Source: Spirochaetia bacterium
GTDB lineage: Bacteria > Spirochaetota > Spirochaetia > SZUA-6 > Bin103
Length of the DNA stretch: 64,000 bases
Direction: 5' to 3'
Assembly (NCBI GenBank): GCA_965199955.1
Contig: CBDATQ010000001.1
Location: forward strand, 1,952,001-2,016,000
How positions within the stretch are numbered: the stretch's first letter is position 1; each line of letters starts with the position of its first letter. This document shows, piece after piece, positions 21,310-31,834 of the stretch. A model generated the notes under the pieces. It was not told where the DNA came from and ran no database searches. It saw only the letters and a list, made by a program, of their open reading frames with translations. A program made the position numbers and the translations under genes.

Positions 21310-22249
21310 ACTGGTTGTACCGCTTGATGATCAGGTTGGCGCCCACCAGGAGCGTCACGCCGATCAAGCTCTTGAACAAGCCGACTGCGGCGCCGAGGCC
21401 GAACTCGCCGCGCAATATGCCGACCCGGTACTCGTAGGTATCCAGGATGTCGGCCACCTCGTAGACCAGGGGGTGGTAGAGATTGAATATCTGGTCGAAG
21501 CCGGCGTTGAGCAGCCGCCCGATCTGGAAGATGAAGACCACGGTGATCACCGGCACCAGGGACGGCAGCGTGATGTGCCAGGCGATGCGCACGCGGCCGG
21601 CGCCGTCCAGGGCGGCCACCTCGTACAGCTCCGGATCGATGGTGGAGATCGCCGCGAAGTAGATGATGCTGCCCCAGCCGATCGCCTGCCAGATGTGCGT
21701 GACCACCAGCATCGCCCGGAAGAACTCGGGGTCGGCCAGCAGGTCGGGCACCCGTTCGGCGCCCAGCAGGTGCGCGAAGAAGAAGGGGACGCCGCGCTGC
21801 GGGGAGAGCAGCTCCTCGATGATGCCGGCCAGTACCACCCACGACATGAAGTGGGGCAGGTAGGAGATCGACTGGATGGTGCGCTTGAGCGAGGACGTGC
21901 GGACCTCATTGATCAGGATCGCCAGCAGGATCGGCGCCGGGAAGGCGAAGACGATCTTGAGGACGCTGATGATGACGCTGTTGCGCACGATCCGCGGGAA
22001 GAACGGGTCGGTGAACAGGTCGCGGAAGTGCTGGAAGTCGTTCCAGGGGCTGCCAAGGATCCCGAGGTGGTACCGGAAGTCCTTGAAGGCGATCAGGATC
22101 CCGTAGATGGGGATGTAGTGGAAGACGAACAGCGCGGCGACCGGAATAACGCAGAACCCGTAGAGCATCAGGTAGCGGCGCGCCCTGCGGAGGCGCTCGC
22201 TGCGCAGCGCGCGAAGGGTCCTGCGGTCGAGGGTGCTGGCCGTGCTCAT
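21296..22249 (-). CDS. Carbohydrate ABC transporter permease (LplB-like)
   Basis: YLPHFMSWVV, GWGSIIY, LYEVAALDGA, DILDTYEY. Confidence 0.93.
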   Translation of the reverse strand: MSTASTLDRRTLRALRSERLRRARRYLMLYGFCVIPVAALFVFHYIPIYGILIAFKDFRYHLGILGSPWNDFQHFRDLFTDPFFPRIVRNSVIISVLKIVFAFPAPILLAILINEVRTSSLKRTIQSISYLPHFMSWVVLAGIIEELLSPQRGVPFFFAHLLGAERVPDLLADPEFFRAMLVVTHIWQAIGWGSIIYFAAISTIDPELYEVAALDGAGRVRIAWHITLPSLVPVITVVFIFQIGRLLNAGFDQIFNLYHPLVYEVADILDTYEYRVGILRGEFGLGAAVGLFKSLIGVTLLVGANLIIKRYNQYGIW

Positions 22250-22354
22250 GACGGGAGGGGAGGGCGGATCCACCCTTTCTACGGGCGTGCGCCGGTACTG
22301 TCAATACGGGTTGCGTCTGGCATGCGTGTCCGCGGTCGGGTACGGTTGCCCGCG

Positions 22355-23017
22355 ATGACGGAATCGGAGTGGTGGCGGCTGCTGCCCGAGGAGTGGCGCG
22401 AACGTCCCGAATTCGCCTGGGTCGCCGACGATCCCGCGCTGCCGCGCGTGCTGCTGCTGGGTGACTCGATCTCGATGTCCTACACGGCGGCGGTGCGCCG
22501 GCTGCTGGCCGGCGAGGCCTGCGTGCATCGCGCGCCGGCCAACTGCCGGTCGACCCGCAGCAGCCTGGCCGAGCTGGACGGCTGGCTCGACGACGGCCGG
22601 TGGCGGGTCATCCACTGCAACTGGGGCATCCACGACATCACCCAGGTGCAGGCGGCTGGCATCCAGCAGGTCGGGATCGAGGAGTACGAGCACAACCTGG
22701 AATCGCTGTTCGACCGGCTGGCGGCGACCGGCGCGGCGCTGATCTGGGCGACCACGACGCCGGTTCAGGAGGGCACGCCGTCGCGATCGCCCGCCGACGT
22801 GGTGCGCTACAACCAGGCCGCCGCCCGTATCGTCGCGGCGCGCGGGATCGGCGTCGACGATCTCTACGCGCTGGCGCTGCCTCGCATGACCGAGCTGCAG
22901 CCGCCGCGCAACGTCCATTTCACCGATGCCGGCGCCGAGGTGCTGGCCGCCCAGGTGGTGCGCTCGATACGGGACGCGCTGGAGGCGACGTCAACGAATA
23001 TGGGAGGAATCACGTGA
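22355..23017 (+). CDS. SGNH/GDSL hydrolase
   Basis: LLGDSIS, NWGIHD, WATTTP, NVHF. Confidence 0.88.
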   Translation: MTESEWWRLLPEEWRERPEFAWVADDPALPRVLLLGDSISMSYTAAVRRLLAGEACVHRAPANCRSTRSSLAELDGWLDDGRWRVIHCNWGIHDITQVQAAGIQQVGIEEYEHNLESLFDRLAATGAALIWATTTPVQEGTPSRSPADVVRYNQAAARIVAARGIGVDDLYALALPRMTELQPPRNVHFTDAGAEVLAAQVVRSIRDALEATSTNMGGIT

Positions 23018-23784
23018 ACGACCTCAGAATCGGCGCGCAGCTCTTTACCGTGCGCGGCCACACCGACACCGCCGCCGACGTGGCGGAGACCTTCGCCAAG
23101 GTTCGCGCCGCCGGGTACTCCGGCGTGCAGGTGTCAGCCTTCGGTCCGGTCGACCCGGCCGACGTGGCGCGACTGGCAGGCGAGCATGGCCTGGAGATCG
23201 CGGCCACGCACTTCGGGTGGGACGAGTTCCTCACCGAGACCGATCGCATGATCGACATCCACCAGCGATGGGGGTGCCGGCACGCCGCCATCGGCGGCCT
23301 GCCGGAGGAGTACCGCGAAGCCGGTGGGATAGCGCGCTTCGCCGCGGAGCTGGGACCGGTCGCCGAGCGGCTGGCCGCGGCCGGCATCGACTTCTCCTAC
23401 CACAACCACAATCACGAGCTGGTTCGATCCGGCAGCCGCACCTGGCTGGCCGAGCTGTACGACGGGGTGTCGGCGGAGGCGCTGAAGGCGGAGCTGGACG
23501 TCTACTGGCTGGTGGCCGGCGGTGCCGACCCGGTGCAGTGGATCGACGATCTGCGCGGCCGGCAGACCATCGTCCATTTCAAGGACATGGCTATGGCGCC
23601 GGACCGCACGCAGCGCTTCGCGGAGGTCGGCGAGGGCAACCTCAACTGGCCGAAGATCGTGGCCGCGTGTCGGGTAGCGGAAATCGAGTGGGCGTTCGTG
23701 GAGCAGGACGACTGCTACGGCCAGGACCCGTTCTCTTGCCTGAAGACAAGTTACCGCAACCTGCGCGCCCTGGGGCTCACCTGA
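23014..23784 (+). CDS. Sugar phosphate isomerase/epimerase (AP endonuclease 2 TIM barrel)
   Basis: AQLFTVR, YHNHNHE, ELDVYW, HFKD, VEQD. Confidence 0.92.
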   Translation: MNDLRIGAQLFTVRGHTDTAADVAETFAKVRAAGYSGVQVSAFGPVDPADVARLAGEHGLEIAATHFGWDEFLTETDRMIDIHQRWGCRHAAIGGLPEEYREAGGIARFAAELGPVAERLAAAGIDFSYHNHNHELVRSGSRTWLAELYDGVSAEALKAELDVYWLVAGGADPVQWIDDLRGRQTIVHFKDMAMAPDRTQRFAEVGEGNLNWPKIVAACRVAEIEWAFVEQDDCYGQDPFSCLKTSYRNLRALGLT

Positions 23785-23788
23785 CCGG

Positions 23789-25432
23789 CTACTTCCGGTA
23801 GTAGCGCGCCACTGTCTCCTCGACCTTAGTCTTGGCCTCGATCAGCGCCGGGCGGCCGCTCCGGTTGACCTCGGCGGCGCGCCGGATCGCGGGGCCGAGC
23901 TGATCCGGGGTCGTGACCACCTCCGCGTGGGCGCCCAGCCCCTCGGCGATCTTGGCGTAGTCACCGCCCAGGGCGTTGGTGCCGTAATGCTCGCTGGTGT
24001 AGGGCATGTAGCTGTCGTAGTGGGTCATGACGCCGTTGTTGAGCACAACGGTCATGATGCCGATGCCGTTTCTCGTCGCGGTCTCGATGTCCAGGCCGGC
24101 CATCCCAAACGCGGCGTCGCCCATCACGTTGACGACCTGCCGCTCGGGCGCCGCCAGCTTGGCGCCCAGCGCCAGGCCGAGCCCGTAGCCGAGCTGCGTG
24201 GACTTGCCCCAGCCGATGTAGGAGTGGGGCGTGTCGGCCGGCCAGAACGGCACGAACTGCTCGCGCGGATAGCCGGAGTCGTGGGTGACGATGGCGTTGC
24301 GCGGGTCGATGGCGCGGGTGAGTTCGGTGAGCACGCGGTAAGGGCTGATCGGCACCTCGTCCGAGCGCAGGTGTGGCGTCCACTCCTTCATGAACTCCGC
24401 TCTGCACGAGGCCACCTCATCGGCCACGCCGTCGCGGCCGGCGGGACCGTCCGGCCCCGCCTGGCGTCGCACCTCATCGAACAACTGCCGCAGCACCAGC
24501 CGGGCGTCGCCGATCGCGCCGTAGTCGATGGCGTGCTCCTTGTTGAGGTCCTCGATGGCGTTGGTGACCTGGGCGAGGGGAACCCCGGACGGCAGCGGTG
24601 CGTTGAACGTGGTGGTGGTGAAGCCGGCGCCGACGCCCAGCACGAAGTCGGCCTGCTTCAGGAAGCGGTGGGCCATCAGCGTGGCGGAGTTGGCGCCGGT
24701 GCCTAGGGCGAGCGCGTGGCTCTCCGGGAAGGCGCTCTTGCCGGCCAGCGTCGTCAGTACCGGGATGCGCGTCAGCTCCGCGAACTCGATCAGCTCCCGG
24801 TACGCTTCCGCGTAGTGGACGCCCTGGCCGACGTACAGGACCGGCGCCTGCGCCTTGAGGAGGGCGGTCACCAGGTCGCGCACGTCGTCCGGGTCGGCGG
24901 TGGAGCGGTGCACCTTGACCGGCCGGTAGTCCAGGTCGTCGCCATACTCGGCGGTGCCCAGGTCGGAGGGGATCTCGACCAGCACCGGCGCGGGCCGGCC
25001 GTGCTTGAGCCGGGTGAACGCCGTGCGGAAGTGGCCGGGAACCTGGGCGGGATCGGCCAGGTAGCCGCACCACTTGGTGATGCCGCCGTAGTTGCTCACC
25101 GCGTCGAAGCCGGGGTGGGCGCCGAACCGGTCCCGCTCGGCTCCGCCGGGGAGCACCAGGAACGGCACGTTGTCCGCGTAACCCTGCGCCACGCCGCCGA
25201 AGGCGTTCTCGGCGCCGGGGCCGCGCTGCATGGTGAACACGCCGATGCGGCGGCCGTTCATGACGCGGCTGTAGCCGTCGGCCATGTTCACGCCCGCCCG
25301 CTCCTGGCGCGTGATGATCGGCCGGATGCCTTCCCTTCCGGCGGCCTCGATCAGGTTCTGCATCGGAAAGGCGGCCATCCACTCCACGCCCTCGGCCTTG
25401 AGGATCTTCGCTATCGCGGCATCACAGTCCAT
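23789..25432 (-). CDS. Thiamine diphosphate-dependent enzyme (acetolactate synthase-like)
   Basis: RQERAGVNMADGYSR, GPGAEN, GDAAFGM...NN ThDP motif. Confidence 0.92.
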   Translation of the reverse strand: MDCDAAIAKILKAEGVEWMAAFPMQNLIEAAGREGIRPIITRQERAGVNMADGYSRVMNGRRIGVFTMQRGPGAENAFGGVAQGYADNVPFLVLPGGAERDRFGAHPGFDAVSNYGGITKWCGYLADPAQVPGHFRTAFTRLKHGRPAPVLVEIPSDLGTAEYGDDLDYRPVKVHRSTADPDDVRDLVTALLKAQAPVLYVGQGVHYAEAYRELIEFAELTRIPVLTTLAGKSAFPESHALALGTGANSATLMAHRFLKQADFVLGVGAGFTTTTFNAPLPSGVPLAQVTNAIEDLNKEHAIDYGAIGDARLVLRQLFDEVRRQAGPDGPAGRDGVADEVASCRAEFMKEWTPHLRSDEVPISPYRVLTELTRAIDPRNAIVTHDSGYPREQFVPFWPADTPHSYIGWGKSTQLGYGLGLALGAKLAAPERQVVNVMGDAAFGMAGLDIETATRNGIGIMTVVLNNGVMTHYDSYMPYTSEHYGTNALGGDYAKIAEGLGAHAEVVTTPDQLGPAIRRAAEVNRSGRPALIEAKTKVEETVARYYRK

Positions 25433-25806
25433 GCGCGCATGCTACAGGGTCGATCGAGGGTTGTCCGTTCCGGCCGGGGACGATTCGCCTTCGAGTGGGA
25501 TGGTGTTGATCCCGATGCACTCGTGGCGCATCCTCGAATCGGGGTGAGAGCACTCCATGGCCGGAAGAAGCGCGGCAAACCCTGAACGCCGCGTTGGTCG
25601 ACCGATCTCCGCAACCGGCCGCGCTCGGGAGTGCCATCCATGCCCGCTTCGCGCCCCTGGGCGGTGTGGATCTCGATACGCTACCGCGCGAGCCGCTGCG
25701 AGAATCGCCCCGGTTCGACTGAGCCCTCGCGTTGTCGGGCTGCCTGCCGCGAGGTACCGTAGATGCGATTGCTGCGGTGGTGGCGATGGAACCCAAGGAG
25801 GTTCTT

Positions 25807-26052
25807 GTGGACTACAAAGTGCCGCTCGTAATGACTCCGCAACCTGAAGGTGGCTACACCGTGACGTCGCCTTTATTGCCGGAGTTGATCACGGAGGGGG
25901 ATTCCATTCGTGATGCAACGGAGAACGTAAAGGATGCTCTGGCTGCCGTGATCGAGCTTTACGAAGAACTCGGACGATCGCTGCCTGAAACCACACAGGT
26001 ACCCATGAATAGCGGCCCAGTGTGGTTTGAGACCGTGATTTCCACTGCGTGA
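25807..26052 (+). CDS. hicB: HicB family antitoxin (short, no DNA-binding domain)
   Basis: EGGYTVTSPLLPELITEGDSIRDA; AAGGAGG RBS and GTG start. Confidence 0.87.
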   Translation: MDYKVPLVMTPQPEGGYTVTSPLLPELITEGDSIRDATENVKDALAAVIELYEELGRSLPETTQVPMNSGPVWFETVISTA

Positions 26053-26261
26053 GGTATCGGGAGGCTGCGCGCAAGCTGACGCTGCTCGGATGCCAGGAAC
26101 GTGAGCGACGGGGTGGCGGGTCTCATCGCAAGTGGTATAATCCCGATTCTCAACGAGCCGCGGTGCTTCCAGATTGGGGTAGCCGCGATCTGAAGGTGGG
26201 AACGGTTCGCGCTGCACTTCGACAGTTGGACATCGATTGGCAAGACTTTCGGAATGCGTAG
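26049..26261 (+). CDS. hicA: HicA family mRNA interferase toxin
   Basis: GGGSHRKW, PDWGSRDLKVGT; GTGA overlap with hicB. Confidence 0.87.
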   Translation: MRYREAARKLTLLGCQERERRGGGSHRKWYNPDSQRAAVLPDWGSRDLKVGTVRAALRQLDIDWQDFRNA

Positions 26262-26293
26262 GTCACGCTGGGAGTCGCCCTTCACGTGACGCG

Positions 26294-27244
26294 ATGAACG
26301 CGCAGTCGGCGCTGGCTCGGGAGCCGGCAGCGGTGGTGGTGATCGGCAGCTACCTGGTGGCGCTGGTGATCGAGGTGGAGCGCTTTCCCGCCGTCGGCGA
26401 GACCGTGAACGGCGGCGGCTACTTCGAAACCCATGGCGGCAAGGGCTCCAACATGGCGGTGCAGGCGGCCCGCCTCGGTGCGCACTGCGTGTTCGTGGGC
26501 CGGGTCGGTGACGACGCACGCGGGCAGGCGTTCCGCGCCATGCTGGCCGGCGAGGGTGTGGGCACCGATCACCTGCACCTGCAGGATGAGGTCGTCACCG
26601 GGGTCGGCTTCGTGCTGCTCGGCCCCGGCGGTCAGAACATGATCGCCATCGACCGCGGCGCCAACGCGCAGTTCTCGACTGCTGACGTGGACCGCGCCGC
26701 GGGTGCGATGCAGCCTCCGGCAACGGTGCTCGCCCAGCTCGAGATCCCGCTCGCCATCGCCATGCGCGGCATGCAACGCGGCCGTGAGGCGGGCTGCACC
26801 ACCATCCTCAATCCGGCGCCGGCCCAGGACCTGTCGGCCCACGATCTGTCGAACGTGTCGGTGATCACCCCGAACGAGACCGAGGCGCGCGCATGCCTGG
26901 GCCTGGGAGCGGGCGAGCGCGCCGACGAGGAAGCGCTGGGCCGCTGCCTGCTGGAACGCGGCTGCGGGGCCGCGCTGCTCACGCTCGGCGAGCGCGGCTG
27001 CCTGTGCGTCACAGCCGACGGCAGCGAGCACATCCCCGGCTTCGCGATCCCGGAAGTGGTCGACACCACCGGCGCCGGCGACGCCTTCAACGCTGCGCTC
27101 GCGGTCGCTCTGGCCGAGGGACGCGTGCTGCGGGAGGCTGCTCGTTTCGCCAACGCCGCCGCGGCGCTGTGCTGTACGACGCTCGCGACGCTTCCCTCCT
27201 ACCGCCGCCGCGCGGAGGTGTATGCCTTCATCGAGGAACAGTAA
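26294..27244 (+). CDS. rbsK: Ribokinase / PfkB family kinase
   Basis: GGKGSNMAV, PNETEA, DTTGAGDAF. Confidence 0.88.
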   Translation: MNAQSALAREPAAVVVIGSYLVALVIEVERFPAVGETVNGGGYFETHGGKGSNMAVQAARLGAHCVFVGRVGDDARGQAFRAMLAGEGVGTDHLHLQDEVVTGVGFVLLGPGGQNMIAIDRGANAQFSTADVDRAAGAMQPPATVLAQLEIPLAIAMRGMQRGREAGCTTILNPAPAQDLSAHDLSNVSVITPNETEARACLGLGAGERADEEALGRCLLERGCGAALLTLGERGCLCVTADGSEHIPGFAIPEVVDTTGAGDAFNAALAVALAEGRVLREAARFANAAAALCCTTLATLPSYRRRAEVYAFIEEQ

Positions 27245-27251
27245 TTCCGGT

Positions 27252-29063
27252 TCAAGGGATGGTGAGCTCGACCGACTGCAGCATCCCCGTTCCGTTCCCG
27301 GGATGCGCGAGGTGGACGTAGGTGGCGACGAAGCGGCCGCGCTCGTCGTCGATCGGAGCAAGCGAGGGGCAGGTGGCGAGCTGCGACGGATCAGGCGTGA
27401 GCAGCCTTGGCCGGTCCCAGCGCATGCCATCCACGGAGGTGGCGACCGACAGACGAATCCGGTCGCTCCCGTCGCCACGGTGGCTGTGGTGGTTCCAGGC
27501 GACCATGAGACCGGCGCCGCGCGCCAGCGGGGACAGAGCGAGCGGTGCCTCTGGGGCGACCAGGGTGGTGACTTCGGTCGGCATGGACCAGGTGGCGCCG
27601 CCGTCTGGCGACTCGCTGCGGTAGATGCGATGCGTGGAGGTGGCGGCCAGCAGAAATAGGTGGCCGGGCTCGGACTCCGCCACCGCGGGGTAGCGCAGGC
27701 CCGCGCCGGGTCCGGCCAGCAGCGGCCCGTGCCAGCGCCAGGTGCCACCTTCGTCGGTCGAGGTAAGCACTCCTGCCTGTGCGCCGAGGGTGAACGGCAG
27801 CATCAGCGCGGCGTTGCCCTGAGCGAGCCGGCCGTTGGCGAGTTGCAGGCCGGGCTCCAGGCCGGGAGCGGCGCGAGGTCGCGACCAGGCGCTTGCGGTC
27901 CCGGCGCGGGCCGGCGCGTTGCAGACAGCCGCCGCCACCGCCATGCCGCCCGAGGGATACAGCGCCTGATAGACCAGCAGGATCGCCCCGGAGGGCAGGG
28001 GAAGCAGGCTGGGCGCCGTGGCGCCGATGGAGCCGGCTGGCACAAGCAGAGCCGCCGGCCGCGACCAGCCGTCGCCAGCGCTGACCGAGATCGACACTGG
28101 CGCCCGCCCGTCGGCGATCGCCGCCAGCAGCCGTCCGTCCGGAAGGGAGATTGCGTCGCTCGCGCGGGCTGTCTCGGCGATCGTTCCGGGCGCCGCCGTC
28201 CGCGCGGCCGTCACCGGCCGGCTCGCCTTCGTCCCCGCAGGCTCCGCGGACGGCATGGTGAATCGCCGGTCCCGCGGCAACAGGTAGAAGAAGCGATCGC
28301 TCCGCTCCACGCGGGCGGCGCCGCCGTGCGCGGCGCCGGCGAACCGGACGGCGTGCAGGCGAAGCTCCTTGCCGGGGTCCGTGGACTGGTGCGGGTCTTC
28401 CTCGAAGCGGAGCTGGTCACCAGGACGGAAGCCCCGGATCAGGAGCTCGTCGCCGTCGTGCTCCTTGAAGCTCCGGAACGCGAGCAGCCGTGGCTCGGGA
28501 CCGCGTTCGGCGCCGAAGTCGATGACGTGAGGGCCAAGGCCGAGCGTTCGGCTGGTGGCCACGTCAAGGTCGAAACCTGGCTCCCAGCGGTCGGTGCGCA
28601 GTTCCAGCGCACCGGTCTGCGACACCATCAGCTTGAGGTCCTCTGCGACCGCCCGGACGTGCGGGGTGGCGACGATCAGGGTGCCGCCGGGATGCGCGCC
28701 GAAGCGCGGGGCGGCGACCTCCACCCTCAATGGAGCCGCCAGGTGCAGCGTACCGTCGGCGACCTGCAGGGCGACCGGCTTGCCCTGGAAGCGGTCCGCG
28801 CCGGTGAGGACCAGCGTGCCGGAGCCGCCCAGCGTAACGGCTGCCCGAGGGTCGCCCAGATCCACTTCGACGCGGGCTACCGCCACGCGCGCGTCGACGT
28901 CGACGACTCCGGCGACCGGACGGTCGAAACAGGCGCGCTCGTCGGGGAGCGGAGGGCGGCCCGCGTCCCAGCAGCGGCCGTCCTGCCAGCTCCCGCCCCG
29001 CAAAGCGGTCCAGCGGACGGCCGGCGCTTCGCTCACTCGGCGAGTGTGCTTCGCTGGGCTCAC
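27252..29063 (-). CDS. Sialidase-like BNR protein with an extra N-terminal domain
   Basis: Asp-boxes STDEGGTW, SPDGGATWS, SVDGMRW in the C-terminal half. Confidence 0.65.
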   Translation of the reverse strand: MSPAKHTRRVSEAPAVRWTALRGGSWQDGRCWDAGRPPLPDERACFDRPVAGVVDVDARVAVARVEVDLGDPRAAVTLGGSGTLVLTGADRFQGKPVALQVADGTLHLAAPLRVEVAAPRFGAHPGGTLIVATPHVRAVAEDLKLMVSQTGALELRTDRWEPGFDLDVATSRTLGLGPHVIDFGAERGPEPRLLAFRSFKEHDGDELLIRGFRPGDQLRFEEDPHQSTDPGKELRLHAVRFAGAAHGGAARVERSDRFFYLLPRDRRFTMPSAEPAGTKASRPVTAARTAAPGTIAETARASDAISLPDGRLLAAIADGRAPVSISVSAGDGWSRPAALLVPAGSIGATAPSLLPLPSGAILLVYQALYPSGGMAVAAAVCNAPARAGTASAWSRPRAAPGLEPGLQLANGRLAQGNAALMLPFTLGAQAGVLTSTDEGGTWRWHGPLLAGPGAGLRYPAVAESEPGHLFLLAATSTHRIYRSESPDGGATWSMPTEVTTLVAPEAPLALSPLARGAGLMVAWNHHSHRGDGSDRIRLSVATSVDGMRWDRPRLLTPDPSQLATCPSLAPIDDERGRFVATYVHLAHPGNGTGMLQSVELTIP

Positions 29064-30643
29064 TCCGCCGGCAGGAACGTGAACGAGTAGAGGTCGGCGT
29101 CGCGCAGGAAGAAGCGCAGCACGCGCCAGCCGGTGTCTCCGGCGGGCGCCGGCACGCGCGGGTTGCCGCCCCAGCTCACCCCGTGCTGCACGGAGTCGCC
29201 GGCGAACGGGTCGCAGGCGTCCCGGCTGCAGGGTTCGATCACCTCGTCGCGGCGGTCGGCCACCTCGACCCGGATCGAGCCGCCGGGGCGGCAGCGGGCG
29301 TTGATCGCCAGGCGGCGGCCGGGGCTCATCACCGGCTGCGTGACGACGATGCCCTCGCGCACGGCGTTGGCCGACAGCGAGGCGAAGCCGTGGCGGCGCA
29401 GCGTCACCAGGCCCAGACCGCCGGAGGTGCCGGTGGGATTGCGCGCTTCGTCATGGTCCAGCTCCTCGTTCGGCCCGGCCAGGAACCAGTCGTGGTGGTA
29501 GTTGAAGCCGCCCTGGTAGAACCAGTGCTCGTCGCCGACGTCGATCGGCTGGCTGAACAGTGACGTCATCCAGGCGTCCCAGTGGCCGGGGCCGCGCGGC
29601 GCCAGGAACGGCTGCCGCTTGGCGGCCGGGCGCCAGCGCAGGCCGTCGCGGCTCTGCAGGAGTTGCACCTCCATCGTGTTGTCCACCTTGTGGAACAGGC
29701 CCGCCGTGCCCAGGTGCTGGTGTCCGATGCGGAACTGCGACAGGCCGTAGTACCCCTCGTCCAGACCGTCCTCGTCGTCGTCCGGCACCGCGATCAGCAA
29801 CGGCTCGCTCCAGTGGATGAAGTCGTGGCTGCGGCTCTGCCAGACGCGCCGCTTGTTCTGGGACAGGGGATCGTGCGGCTGATAGGGGTGGAGGAAGCCG
29901 TGCGCGCGATAGGGGTGGCGCAGGTTGATCGCGCCCGGCAGGCCGCCGAGGTGGGCGCGGATGTTGACCACGAACTCGCGCGAGTGCTCGTCGTACCAGA
30001 GGATGTTGACGTCGCCGGGATTGCCGCCGCGGCTGCCGAAGGTGGGCCGCTCCGGGTACCGTGACCAGTGGATGCCGTCCGGCGAGTGCACGGCGGTGGT
30101 GACACGATTGCGGACGTCGCCTTCGAACCAGATGCGGCGGAGCATGCCGCGGAAACGCTCTTCCGGGCTTGGCGGGTACGGGTCGCGCACGACGGTCATG
30201 GCGTGGGCGTCGCCGAAGTCGCCGCCGCCCAAGACGATGTTGGTGCGCCGGCCGTCGATCGTGCGCACGTCCAGCTCCGGCTTTTCCCAGTGCACGCCGT
30301 CGTTGCTCTGTGCGTACAGCAGCGTGGCGCACATGGCGAAGTTCGCGGGCGGCCGGCTGCCGGGTGACTCGCCCTTGCGGGGATCGCCTTCCTGGTCCTG
30401 GTACCAGCATTTGAACAGGCCGTCGTCAGGGTCGCGGATCAGGGTGGTGGAGCCGTAGTAGGCGATCCACAGCCGGTGCTCCCAGGGCCGGTCCTCCGTG
30501 AACAGCGGTCCGTCCTGGTATCGCGTCGGCGCATGCCAGCGCCGCGTGGCATCCTGGACGGAGGCGATCAACATGTTGTCGACGAAGAGCTGCGGCTCCA
30601 CACCGATCGCGAGCAAGGTGCTGTCCCACGCGTGCTGGTGCAT
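29060..30643 (-). CDS. Five-bladed beta-propeller glycoside hydrolase-like protein (GH32/43 clan)
   Basis: DRPWE, YAQSNDGVHWEKP, SPDGIHW, SHDFIHWSEP, LRRHGF, LYSF end. Confidence 0.7.
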   Translation of the reverse strand: MHQHAWDSTLLAIGVEPQLFVDNMLIASVQDATRRWHAPTRYQDGPLFTEDRPWEHRLWIAYYGSTTLIRDPDDGLFKCWYQDQEGDPRKGESPGSRPPANFAMCATLLYAQSNDGVHWEKPELDVRTIDGRRTNIVLGGGDFGDAHAMTVVRDPYPPSPEERFRGMLRRIWFEGDVRNRVTTAVHSPDGIHWSRYPERPTFGSRGGNPGDVNILWYDEHSREFVVNIRAHLGGLPGAINLRHPYRAHGFLHPYQPHDPLSQNKRRVWQSRSHDFIHWSEPLLIAVPDDDEDGLDEGYYGLSQFRIGHQHLGTAGLFHKVDNTMEVQLLQSRDGLRWRPAAKRQPFLAPRGPGHWDAWMTSLFSQPIDVGDEHWFYQGGFNYHHDWFLAGPNEELDHDEARNPTGTSGGLGLVTLRRHGFASLSANAVREGIVVTQPVMSPGRRLAINARCRPGGSIRVEVADRRDEVIEPCSRDACDPFAGDSVQHGVSWGGNPRVPAPAGDTGWRVLRFFLRDADLYSFTFLPAE

Positions 30644-30700
30644 GCCGGCAGTCTGGCCTATTGCGGACGTGGTGTCATGATGGACAGACGGAGGAGCCAC

Positions 30701-31834
30701 ATGCCTGATCGATCCGTGTACCGAAACGAGATCCACGCCGTCACGGCGGCGCCGTGGAGCCACGCGCACCCGCGCAACGACCACCAGCTCGTCTTCCCGC
30801 TGGCAGGCGACCGGCTGCTGTTCGTCTGGTGCTCCTACTACGTGCGGCGCCCGAGCGCGATCGGCCGGACGCCGTTCGCGGAGGACGCCGGCCTGCTCGA
30901 CGACGCGCCGTGCCAGATCTCCGCGCGCGTGTCGTCCGACCGCGGGCGGACGTGGAGCGACGTGATGACGCTGCAGGAGAACCACGGCGCGAGCAACGTC
31001 AAGCATCCCAACCTGCTGCGCCTGCCGAGCGGACGCATTCTGTTCTCCTACACCGAGCGCGACGCGGCGGCGCAACGGTTGCGCGTGCGCTTGCGGGTGT
31101 CCGACGACGAATGCGAGACCTTCGGTCCGTCGCGCGACATCACGCCGGGACCGGGCTGGTACTTCACCAACGCCGACCACATCCTCCGCCACAGCTCGGG
31201 GCGGATCATCCTGCCGTGCCACGCGGGGCCGACTTACGGGAAGGGCGACCACTGGCAGGCGTTCTGCCTGTACTCCGACGACGAGGGCGAGACGTGGCGC
31301 GAGAGCCGGGTTAAGATGGATCTTCCGAAGCGGGGCGCCGAGGAGCCTGCGGTGATCGAGCGGCGCGACGGCTCGCTGCTGGCGGTGCTGCGCACCTCTC
31401 TGGGCAAGCTGTACCGCGGCTGGTCGACCGATGCCGGCGAGACCTGGAGCATGCCCGAGGCGACCGAGCTCGACTCGCCGTCGGTGGCCACCTGTATGAA
31501 GCGCATGCCGGGCGGCGACCTGCTCCTGATCTGGAACGACACGCCGCCGTACGCGGCTTCGATTCCCGGTTCGGGGCTGACCCACCAGCCGCGCAATCCG
31601 CTGCGCAGCGCGATCTCGGAGGACGACGGCGAGACGTGGCGCAACCGGCGGACCATCGAGGACCGGTTCGGCTACGACAACGCCTATCCCTCGGTCACGT
31701 TCGTCGGCGACGAAGCCGTGGTCGGCTACTACACGACGGTGAAGTCGGGCGTGCGAGGGATGCTGGGCGAGGTGAAGCTGAAGATCTATCCGCTCGCCTG
31801 GTTCTCCCAAGTGGAGCCGCACCCGGAGCGGTGA
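30701..31834 (+). CDS. Sialidase family (BNR/Asp-box) protein
   Basis: SSDRGRTWS, SDDEGETW, STDAGETWS, SEDDGETW, RNPL, AYPS. Confidence 0.88.
   Translation: MPDRSVYRNEIHAVTAAPWSHAHPRNDHQLVFPLAGDRLLFVWCSYYVRRPSAIGRTPFAEDAGLLDDAPCQISARVSSDRGRTWSDVMTLQENHGASNVKHPNLLRLPSGRILFSYTERDAAAQRLRVRLRVSDDECETFGPSRDITPGPGWYFTNADHILRHSSGRIILPCHAGPTYGKGDHWQAFCLYSDDEGETWRESRVKMDLPKRGAEEPAVIERRDGSLLAVLRTSLGKLYRGWSTDAGETWSMPEATELDSPSVATCMKRMPGGDLLLIWNDTPPYAASIPGSGLTHQPRNPLRSAISEDDGETWRNRRTIEDRFGYDNAYPSVTFVGDEAVVGYYTTVKSGVRGMLGEVKLKIYPLAWFSQVEPHPER

Noticed and set aside
25433..25800. Intergenic stretch with weak coding-like fragments
   Set aside because: No convincing motif in any frame; may be another eroded remnant but I cannot assign it
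29060..31822. 920-aa minus-strand ORF and other long overlapping ORFs (e.g. 7130-8944, 15172-16911, 47708-49537)
   Set aside because: Shadow frames of real genes in high-GC DNA; only 29060-30643 carries family motifs
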